This document shows positions 56,708-64,000 of a stretch of DNA of 64,000 nucleotides, piece by piece (within the stretch, counting starts at the first letter, position 1; each line of letters opens with the position of its first letter). The position numbers and the translations under genes are program-made. This stretch comes from an uncultured delta proteobacterium (GTDB lineage: Bacteria > Myxococcota_A > Polyangia > Palsa-1104), in NCBI GenBank assembly GCA_963785725.1, contig CAWAWS010000017.1, forward strand, positions 1-64,000. The letters are read 5' to 3'. The notes beneath the pieces were generated by a model. That model ran no database searches. It saw nothing but the letters and a program-made list of their open reading frames with translations, and was not told the origin of the DNA.

Positions 56708-57315
56708 GGAGGGTGGTGCTGGTGTTGGGCGCGCTGTTGTTGATCGGCGCCGACAACCCGCTGCCGTATCGCATTTGGTGGTCGTTCCCGAACGACGACG
56801 ACACGGCCATCGAAGTCGACGATCCCGATTTGTCGGAGTCGACGTACACCTCGCGCTGGCAGTTCGCGGTCGCCATGCAAAAGTGCGACGTGCGTAAGTC
56901 GAAGCGGCTGGCGCTGCACAAAGACGGCACGCCGGTGCGCGAGATTCGCGTCGAATCGCTCGAGCCCGACGGTTCGACGCGCGCGACCGCTCGCTGCGTC
57001 ATGGCGCTCAAAGACTGGCGCACGCGCATCGGCAAACCGCTCGTCGTGCGGCTCGAGGACGAATTGGACGCGCACGCGGCGTTCCTCATGCCGCGCCATT
57101 TCCCGGGCTCGGGGCCGTTCGACGCCGGCGTCGTTCCCGAGGCCAAGCCGCTCAAAGTCGACGTCAAGCCGCAAAAGCCGCGAGCAGCGGAGCCCAAGCC
57201 GCAAAAAGCCGACGTGAAGCCGCAGCCGCTCGACGCCGCGCCGCCGAAAGCGGACGCGAAGCCGGCCACGCCCGCGACGCCCACGACGATGATCGAAGGG
57301 CACGCCGCGCCATGA
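56704..57315 (+). CDS. Hypothetical secreted protein with Pro/Lys-rich tail
   Basis: Signal MRRVVLVLGALLLIGA; KPQKP repeats; GTGA and ATGA overlaps. Confidence 0.7.
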   Translation: MRRVVLVLGALLLIGADNPLPYRIWWSFPNDDDTAIEVDDPDLSESTYTSRWQFAVAMQKCDVRKSKRLALHKDGTPVREIRVESLEPDGSTRATARCVMALKDWRTRIGKPLVVRLEDELDAHAAFLMPRHFPGSGPFDAGVVPEAKPLKVDVKPQKPRAAEPKPQKADVKPQPLDAAPPKADAKPATPATPTTMIEGHAAP

Positions 57316-59159
57316 TCGAAGCCAATGCTCAGCTCTTGGCGCGCGCGCAAGGCCTGCTCGCCGCCAATCGCGCCGCCGAAGCCGAGCGGCTGTTCCGCCA
57401 GCTGCTGCAGAACACGCACGTCATCGACTTCGAATACGACGAGTGGCTCAAGGGCATCGCCGAGGCCTATCGCGCGCTCGGCCGCACCCGCGAAGCCGGC
57501 TACGTCTACCTCTATTTGCACGCCTTCGATCGCGCGGCCGAGATGTTCCCGGCCGCGACGGCGCCGGTCGACGCGGCGCGCGTGCGCGAATTGGAAGCGC
57601 GTCGCGCCGGCGGCGAGCCGGCCGCGCGCTTGTACGGCGAGGCCGCGCGCGGTTACGCCGAAGCCGGCCGCCACGTGCTGTCGGCGATCGCCTTCGCGCA
57701 AGGCAACCAGCCGCGCGACGAACGTCGCGCTTGGGAGCGCGTCTTGCGCGATCCGCGGCTGCGCGCCCATCCCTACGAAGAGGCGCTCGTGCAGTTCAAC
57801 TTGGGCGTGGCCGCGACGCGCGACGGCGACAAAGAGGGCGGCAATCGCCACCTCGTCTCCGCGCAGCGCCTGCTCGAGGAGGTCGCCGACGAATTCGAGA
57901 CCCACGGCGAGCGCCACCGCGCCTTCGACTGCTACTGCATCCTGCTCAAGCTCGGCAAAGACTCGGGCAGCTTCGAGAACCTCGCCGAAGGCTACATCAA
58001 CTGCATCCGCGTCCTCAAAGAGGACAATTTAAAGTTTTATGTGCTGCAATATTATGAGGATTTTCTTCGCATAGCGCTGGAACGCGAGGAATATCATGCA
58101 GCTGCCACCGTATTCCGCGAAGCGGCCGATTATGCGCGTCGCGTCGGCCTCGTTTATGACCGCGGTTATCTGAAGCGCGCGGCCGAGACGTGGTGGAAAG
58201 CGGCCGAGAAGAACGAGCGCGACGGCGGCCCGGTCGAGATCACCGAGAACGCCTATTTGGCGGCGATCGACGCCTACAACTCGGTCGGCGATTTCTATCA
58301 CGTGCGCGAGTCGTACAAGCAGGTGACGAAGCTGGCGCTGGGCGAGAAGAAGCAAAAGCGCTACTCGGACGTCGTCGCGCGCTACGCCGAGGTGTGGCAA
58401 GAGGCGATCGACGCCGCGCCGTTCCCCGATTATTTGCGGCAGCAGCACGCCTATCCCGAGATTTGGTACCTCGATTTGATCGAGTGGGAGCTCGACGGCG
58501 ATCACCGCGAGGTCTGCGCGTCGATGGTCGGCGACACGCGCTATGCCGACATCATTCGCCGGCGGGCGCTCAACGTCCTGTTCACGCACTTCGACGCGCG
58601 GCCGCGCGACGGCGCCGAGCTCGACGCGCACACGCTGGCGCAAGTGGCGCAAGACATGGGGCAGCTCGGCGCCTACGCGGCGCTCATGCCGCTCGAACGC
58701 CTAGCGACGCACGCCAATCCGGAAGTGCGCCGCGGCGTGATGCGCGCGCTCAAGCACCTCTATTTCAAGCGCACGTTCAACATGATCACGCGCGGCCTGC
58801 GCGACGAAGCGCCGGCCGTGCGGCAGGCGGCGCTGGAAGCGATGGCGGCGCTGCATTTCCCGCACGCGTTCGATCCGCTGATGCGCATCTTCCGCGAGCA
58901 CGACGACGCGCGCGTCAAAGAGGTCGCGCTCGAGAGCATCGGCCGCATCTCGAGCCTGGAAGCGGGCGAGTTCCTCGTCGAAGTGCTGCGCTACGAGTCG
59001 GAGCCGCTGCGGCACGTGGCGCGCCGCCAGCTGGCATCGTTCGACAACCCGGACATCTTCCCCATCTTGCGCAAGCACCTCGAGCTCGAGACGAACGGCC
59101 CGGCGCGCCAAGCGCTCGAGCAGATCGTCCGCGGCTCGACCAGCCGCGCGCCCGCTTAG
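57312..59159 (+). CDS. TPR/alpha-SNAP-like plus C-terminal HEAT-repeat protein
   Basis: All-helical repeats (AARLYGEA, AFDCY, AATVFREAA, AAETWWKAA), then HEAT units (PEVRRGVMRAL, PAVRQAALEAM, ARVKEVALESIG). Confidence 0.85.
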   Translation: MIEANAQLLARAQGLLAANRAAEAERLFRQLLQNTHVIDFEYDEWLKGIAEAYRALGRTREAGYVYLYLHAFDRAAEMFPAATAPVDAARVRELEARRAGGEPAARLYGEAARGYAEAGRHVLSAIAFAQGNQPRDERRAWERVLRDPRLRAHPYEEALVQFNLGVAATRDGDKEGGNRHLVSAQRLLEEVADEFETHGERHRAFDCYCILLKLGKDSGSFENLAEGYINCIRVLKEDNLKFYVLQYYEDFLRIALEREEYHAAATVFREAADYARRVGLVYDRGYLKRAAETWWKAAEKNERDGGPVEITENAYLAAIDAYNSVGDFYHVRESYKQVTKLALGEKKQKRYSDVVARYAEVWQEAIDAAPFPDYLRQQHAYPEIWYLDLIEWELDGDHREVCASMVGDTRYADIIRRRALNVLFTHFDARPRDGAELDAHTLAQVAQDMGQLGAYAALMPLERLATHANPEVRRGVMRALKHLYFKRTFNMITRGLRDEAPAVRQAALEAMAALHFPHAFDPLMRIFREHDDARVKEVALESIGRISSLEAGEFLVEVLRYESEPLRHVARRQLASFDNPDIFPILRKHLELETNGPARQALEQIVRGSTSRAPA

Positions 59160-59162
59160 TAG

Positions 59163-59192
59163 CCGCCACGCCGCGCGCTGGCGGCATGGCGG
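59163..59192. terminator. GC-rich hairpin between convergent genes
   Basis: CCGCCACGCCGC, 6-nt loop, GCGGCATGGCGG (one mismatch); no U tract. Confidence 0.35.
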
Positions 59193-59201
59193 GCGCGTCC
59201 G

Positions 59202-59537
59202 CTATCCGCACACGACCGCTTGTCCCGGCATGCCGCGCCAGCAGACGAAGCGGGCGTCGTCGATGCAATCGGCCGCGCGCATGACCTGCCGGTTGTCGAA
59301 CCCCGGCAGCCGCTGCAGCCGCGGCAACAGCTTCGCCGCCTGCGCACCCGGGATCACGCAGTCGTTGCCTTCGGCGTCGCCGAGCATAAAGAACAGGTCC
59401 TCATCGAAAGGCCCGTCATCCACCGTCACCAGCGCCACCTCCACCAGATCGCGCCACGCCACCCGTTCGATGCTGCCATCTTCGAGCGCGCGCGTGATGC
59501 CCTCTCCGTCAATCTGAAAGTCGTCGCGTCGCGTCAT
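59202..59537 (-). CDS. Hypothetical protein (111 aa)
   Basis: GGAGG RBS; VAWRDLVEV, DDGPFDEDLFF, LQRLPGFDN, FVCW. Confidence 0.75.
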   Translation of the reverse strand: MTRRDDFQIDGEGITRALEDGSIERVAWRDLVEVALVTVDDGPFDEDLFFMLGDAEGNDCVIPGAQAAKLLPRLQRLPGFDNRQVMRAADCIDDARFVCWRGMPGQAVVCG

Positions 59538-59692
59538 AGTGCTACCTCCGCCCTGAGTGATAAGGGCGAATGACGCGCTGCGCAAGTAACGATTTAATTT
59601 CGTAAGTAATCGAAACTTCACATTTTACAAGTCAGTTACAGATCGGTCGGCTAACTGGTGAATAAAACAGGGGCGGCTTCGTCGACCGCTAT

Positions 59693-60979
59693 GTGACTGG
59701 GGATGCCGCGGCGGTCGATTATGGGGCGCTGGCTCGCGAGCTGACCGCGACCGGCATCCTGTCCGACCCGTGGATCGACGGTCGGCCGCGCTTCGCCACC
59801 GCGCCGCTCGTGTTGCCGCGTCGCCGCGCCGGCGCGCTGGCCACCGCCGCCGAAGACCTGGCCGCGGCGTGGGACGAGGCCGCGCGCCTGTGCCTGGCCG
59901 ACGACGCGCTCGTCCACCACTTCTTCCCCGCGCTGACGCCGTTTCAACGGCTCATGTGGACCGCTGCCGGCGGCGCCTGGCACGGCATCGCCCGCGCCGA
60001 CGTCTTCGACACCGACGACGGCCCGCGAATCTGCGAGCTGAACTGCGACACGCCGAGCGGCGAAGCCGAAGCCGTGCTCCTCAACGCCGCGGTCGCGCGC
60101 CGTCATCCGGCGCTCGTCGATCCCAACGCCGACTTGGAGCGCGCGTTCGGCGACGTCGTGCTCGCCTATGCCGGCGGCCTCGATCGCGACCACGCGGCGC
60201 CGCTCACCGTCGGCATCCTCTATCCGACCGAGCTGGTCGAGGATCTGTCGATGATCCTCATCTATCGTCGCTGGCTGGAGGCGCGCGGCTGCCGCGTCGT
60301 CCTCGGCTCGCCGTTCAACCTGCGCCGCATGGGCACGCAAGCGGCCCTCTTCGACGTGCCCTGCGACGTCTTCGTGCGCCACTACAAGACCGATTGGTGG
60401 AGCGAGCGCGAGCCGGTGCGCGACGACGAGCCGCCCTTCGCAGACGCCGAGCCGCTGGCCGAGCAGCTCGGCCTCTTGACCGAGGCGACGTTGGCGCGAC
60501 GCTGCGCGGTCGTCAATCCCTTCGGCGCCGTGCTCATGCAGAACAAGCGCGTGATGGCGCTGATGTGGGAAGCGATCGAGCGCTTCTCGCCGGCGTCGCA
60601 GGCGGCCATTCGCGCTTATCTGCCGTATACGGTTCGGCTGGAGGCGCTGCCGTCGACGGCGTTGCGCGATCGCGCCGACTGGGTCGTCAAGAGCGACTAC
60701 GGCTGCGAAGGCGCCGAGGTCATCATCGGCGCCGCCGTCGACGAGAACGCCTGGAGCGACGTGCTCCGCCACGCCAAGCCCGGCCGCTTCATCGCCCAGC
60801 GCTACTTCCGCGCCCGCCTCGGCGCCGACGGCCGCTCGGTCAACTACGGCGTCTACCTCATCGGTGGCGAGGCTGCGGGCTTCTTCAGCCGCCTCGCCCA
60901 CAACGCTTGGGGCGCCACCGATTATTACGCAGTCACTGCCGCCACGCTCGTCGACGAAACGGGGGAAACGCATGAGTGA
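59693..60979 (+). CDS. Glutathionylspermidine-synthase-like ATP-grasp ligase (stand-alone, YgiC/YjfC type)
   Basis: ARAD, ELNCDTPSG, QNKRVMALMWE, WVVKSDYGCEGAEV, FIAQRYF, GVYLIGG, FSR; no amidase domain. Confidence 0.85.
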   Translation: MTGDAAAVDYGALARELTATGILSDPWIDGRPRFATAPLVLPRRRAGALATAAEDLAAAWDEAARLCLADDALVHHFFPALTPFQRLMWTAAGGAWHGIARADVFDTDDGPRICELNCDTPSGEAEAVLLNAAVARRHPALVDPNADLERAFGDVVLAYAGGLDRDHAAPLTVGILYPTELVEDLSMILIYRRWLEARGCRVVLGSPFNLRRMGTQAALFDVPCDVFVRHYKTDWWSEREPVRDDEPPFADAEPLAEQLGLLTEATLARRCAVVNPFGAVLMQNKRVMALMWEAIERFSPASQAAIRAYLPYTVRLEALPSTALRDRADWVVKSDYGCEGAEVIIGAAVDENAWSDVLRHAKPGRFIAQRYFRARLGADGRSVNYGVYLIGGEAAGFFSRLAHNAWGATDYYAVTAATLVDETGETHE

Positions 60980-62495
60980 ACGAAGCTTTGGCGCGCGCTG
61001 GTGGCGTGAATCGCTGGCGACGTCGCGGTTGGCGCGCGGCGGCTTGGCGGGAACGTTCGGGCTGCTCGGCGGCGCGGCGCTGACCTTGCCCGGCTGCTTC
61101 AACTACGGCGATCCCGTTCCCGACGAATCCGCGGCGCAACAATCGGGCGACGAGATCGACACCAGCGTCGACGCGCTGCAGCTGCAGCAGCACGAAGGCT
61201 GGGACGTCGGTCAGCCGGGCGGCCAGCTGCGCTTCGCCGGCTCGTCGCTGGAGGACGTCGCCGGCACGCAAGACTGGCGCGGCGGCATGCAGCGGCTGGC
61301 GGAGACGCTGCATCCGACCGAGCCGGCGCTGCAGCCCTACTACGTGCCGACGCTGTTTCAGTCGCTGATGGGCAAAGCGGGGCAGCGGCTGCGCGCCGTC
61401 ATGCGGCCGGTTCATGACGACGACATGGATCGCGACTTCGCGCGCGGCCTGGCGCTGCGCGAGGCGTTCGCCGCCGCCGGCTGGCCGCGCGACACGGCGC
61501 TCGTCGTCGATGCGCCCGGCTCGCACGCCGTTGCGTTGGCGGCGGCGCTGGCCGATCACTTCGCGCCCGTCTTCACCTTCGGCAACTGGCCGCATCCGCG
61601 CGGCGTCGTCCCCGCGCACGAGACGCTGGCGGCGACGCTGTTTTACCTGCCCGCCTTCGCCGCCGCGCAAGACGAGCGCCCCAACGACGCGCCGCCGCTC
61701 TTCGTCCTCGACGCCAATCGCCTGGCGCCTTATCGCGACGCCGACGCCGAGTTCGACAACCGCTACTTCGTGCATCTGCCCGACGCGCGTGCGTTCGCGG
61801 CGATGGGCATCAGCCACGTCCTCTACGTCAGCGCCGACGGCTACCAAGAGCTCGACGACCTGAACGCGGCGCTCGTCGAGCTGTCGCAGAATAACGTCGA
61901 CGTGCAGATGGTGGCGCTGGGCGACTTCGTGCCCGCCGGCCAAAACGCCCCCGAGCTGGCGCAGAACGAAGGGAACGACGAGGAGACCGAAGCCGAATAC
62001 GAGAACGAAGGCGTCGGCAATCCGTCGTTCGAGGTCGGCTTTCCCTTCGCGTTCTTCTTCGACTCCTGGCCGTGGTGGCAATCGCGTCCCTGGGCGACGG
62101 CGCGCTATTGCTACGGCGGCTTTGCGCGCGGCGGCAGCTACCGCTTCTGGCGCGATCATGGCGGCTACCACGCGCCCGTCGTCGTCGCCCACGGCGGTCG
62201 CGTCGTCGGCCCGCCGAAAGTCGGCCGCATCAACGGTCTTCAGGCGCGCAGTGCGATGCGCTGGAGCCCGACGCCGCGCGCGACGATGTTCAACCCGCGT
62301 GGCCCGCTCGTGCCCGGCGCGCACCCGCGCGTCGCCGGCTTCGGCCAAGTCCCGGTGCGCGCGTCGCGCTTCGACGGTCGCGTCACCGCCGTGCGCGGCA
62401 GCGGCTTCAGCCACTACAGCCGCGCCGGCGTCCACGGCGCGACGTTCGCCCGCTCCGGCTCGATCGGCCGCGCCGGCGGCGGCTCGAGCGGCTAG
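60972..62495 (+). CDS. Uncharacterised lipoprotein with globular core and Gly/Arg/Ser-rich tail (507 aa)
   Basis: Overlaps the ligase stop; lipobox LPGC; core motifs GNWPHPRG, LDANRL, FDNRY, ELDDL; ends ARSGSIGRAGGGSSG. Confidence 0.8.
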   Translation: MSERSFGARWWRESLATSRLARGGLAGTFGLLGGAALTLPGCFNYGDPVPDESAAQQSGDEIDTSVDALQLQQHEGWDVGQPGGQLRFAGSSLEDVAGTQDWRGGMQRLAETLHPTEPALQPYYVPTLFQSLMGKAGQRLRAVMRPVHDDDMDRDFARGLALREAFAAAGWPRDTALVVDAPGSHAVALAAALADHFAPVFTFGNWPHPRGVVPAHETLAATLFYLPAFAAAQDERPNDAPPLFVLDANRLAPYRDADAEFDNRYFVHLPDARAFAAMGISHVLYVSADGYQELDDLNAALVELSQNNVDVQMVALGDFVPAGQNAPELAQNEGNDEETEAEYENEGVGNPSFEVGFPFAFFFDSWPWWQSRPWATARYCYGGFARGGSYRFWRDHGGYHAPVVVAHGGRVVGPPKVGRINGLQARSAMRWSPTPRATMFNPRGPLVPGAHPRVAGFGQVPVRASRFDGRVTAVRGSGFSHYSRAGVHGATFARSGSIGRAGGGSSG

Positions 62496-62505
62496 CGGCG
62501 CGGGC

Positions 62506-63561
62506 TTACTTGGCGACGGCGGGCGTGACGACGAGCGGCAACAGCCCGAACGGCAGCTCGGCGAAGATATCGGTGCGCGCCTTGCCCGTCACTTCCGCGG
62601 GGATCGGCAGGCCGAGCGCATACAGCGCCGTCGCGGCCGTATCGAGCGTCGACGGCGGATCCGGCAGCACGTAGTCTTCGCGCACGCCCGGACCGCAGGC
62701 AATCCAGGGAATTTCGCGATCGATCTTCTTCGCGCCCGAGTGCACGCGGTTATGCCCGCCATGATCGGCGGTCACGATGAGCAGCGTATCGTCGATGAGC
62801 CCGGACTTCTCCAGCGCTTCGTAGATGATGCCGAGACACGCGTCGCTGTGCGCGATGGCGTTCTTCTGCGGCGACGACATCCAGCCTTTGGCGTGGCCGG
62901 CCTCGTCGGGATCGGAGAAGTGCACGAACGCCAGCGCCGGCTTCTCGGTGGTCAGATAATTGGCCGCCTCTTCCGCGACTTTTTTGCAGTAATAACCGGG
63001 GCGATCGTACATGCCGACCGAGCCCGGCGGCACGATGTGACGCAGCTTCGACTTGCCGGTGAAGAACGCCGTCGACAAGCCGGCGTCGGCCGCATGCGTG
63101 AAGATCGTCGGCGTCTTGATGTAGCCCTCGCGCGGCCGCCACGTATTCCACGTCAGGCCATGCTTCGACGGCTGCACGCCCGACAACATCGACGCGTGCG
63201 CCGGCAACGTCGACGCATCGCGAATCGTCATCGCGTGGTCGCTGTAGCTGCCGCGACGGCGGAGCAGATCGTGCCAATGCAGATGCATCGTCGCCACCGC
63301 ATCGGCGCGCAGCCCGTCCTCGCTGATGATGAGGACGTGGTTGATCTTGAGCTTCGGCTTCTCCGGCGCGACGGTCTTGTCCGGCGGCACGCCCGTGACC
63401 TGCAGCGCGCCCGTCTGCGACGGCGGCTGCTGCGCTTGCTGCTGCTTGGCGTCGTAGGTCGGCGGAACGGGAGCTTGCGGCTGCTGCTGCGTCTGCGCAC
63501 CGACGGGCGCCGACAAAACGCCCACCGCGACGATGAACAGCGCGGCATTGAACTTCGGCAT
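62506..63561 (-). CDS. Alkaline phosphatase superfamily / nucleotide pyrophosphatase-phosphodiesterase, secreted (351 aa)
   Basis: ISEDGLR, STLPAHASMLSG (catalytic Thr), DPDEAGH, TADHGGH. Confidence 0.9.
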   Translation of the reverse strand: MPKFNAALFIVAVGVLSAPVGAQTQQQPQAPVPPTYDAKQQQAQQPPSQTGALQVTGVPPDKTVAPEKPKLKINHVLIISEDGLRADAVATMHLHWHDLLRRRGSYSDHAMTIRDASTLPAHASMLSGVQPSKHGLTWNTWRPREGYIKTPTIFTHAADAGLSTAFFTGKSKLRHIVPPGSVGMYDRPGYYCKKVAEEAANYLTTEKPALAFVHFSDPDEAGHAKGWMSSPQKNAIAHSDACLGIIYEALEKSGLIDDTLLIVTADHGGHNRVHSGAKKIDREIPWIACGPGVREDYVLPDPPSTLDTAATALYALGLPIPAEVTGKARTDIFAELPFGLLPLVVTPAVAK

Positions 63562-63606
63562 CCACAAACTATGCGCGCCCGAGTAGCGCCCGCGCAAGTT
63601 TAGTAG

Positions 63607-64000
63607 CTACGGCGATGTGCGCAAAGGTACGAGCGTCGGCGCGCCTTTGGCCGCCAGCTGACCGCACGCCGCGTCGATATCGTCACCGCGCGGACGGCGC
63701 ACGTAGACCGCCAGGCCGCGATCGCGCAGCGCGTCCTGAAACGCACGCACGCGCTCCGCTTTCGGCCGCCGATAGGGAATTTCGCCCGTCGTCAGCTCGT
63801 GCGGATTCCACGGGATGAGGTTGATCTTCGTCGGGATTCCGCGCACCAGCTCGACCAAGCGGCGCACGTCGTCGTCGCTGTCGTTGACGCCGTCGAGGAG
63901 CACGTACTCGAACGTCACGCGCCGCTTCTTTTCCAGCGGAAACCTGCGCACGGCCTCGAGCAGCTTGGCGATGTTCCACTTCTTGTTGATCGGCATCAGC
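63607..64000 (-). CDS. rlmN: Dual-specificity RNA methyltransferase RlmN, 3' part (runs off the window)
   Basis: MPINKKW, VTFEYVLLDGVNDS, KINLIPWNP, RGDDIDAACGQL. Confidence 0.93.
   Translation of the reverse strand, partial: LMPINKKWNIAKLLEAVRRFPLEKKRRVTFEYVLLDGVNDSDDDVRRLVELVRGIPTKINLIPWNPHELTTGEIPYRRPKAERVRAFQDALRDRGLAVYVRRPRGDDIDAACGQLAAKGAPTLVPLRTSP

Overview
A 64-kb, very GC-rich bacterial window whose gene content (Cys-rich and lipoprotein genes, several Hanks-type kinases, poly-HAMP kinase, ECF fusion) points to a Myxococcota-like genome. This taxonomic call is inference. Bases 1-~2330 are degraded, look compositionally different, and end at a junction where two oppositely oriented genes both lose their 5' ends. 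Next come an XRE-cupin remnant, five copies of a 14-bp palindrome, a 25-bp tandem array and a DsrE-like/DUF2325/porin cluster. Further on are small enzymes and transporters, a hybrid kinase plus a ~2,700-aa poly-HAMP kinase with CheR/CheB, an ECF sigma fusion, and a TRAP (TatT/DctP/DctQM) transporter followed by START-like and TonB genes. A radical SAM gene is coupled to an unknown protein with an N-terminal SNNSGS motif and a C-terminal L7/L12-like domain. The right half holds a kinase-pseudocyclase-STAND-TPR protein, a divergent kinase/FHA plus MoxR-vWA-TPR/HEAT locus, a GspS-like ATP-grasp ligase with a large lipoprotein partner, an alkaline-phosphatase-family enzyme and the 3' end of rlmN. 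The strongest candidates for uncharacterised systems are the radical SAM pair (35130-37048), the MoxR/vWA locus (47280-59159) and the ATP-grasp pair (59693-62495). Several small insertions break otherwise intact genes and are probably long-read errors. No tRNA, rRNA, CRISPR array or transposase was recognised. All family calls come from reading motifs by eye, with no database search.
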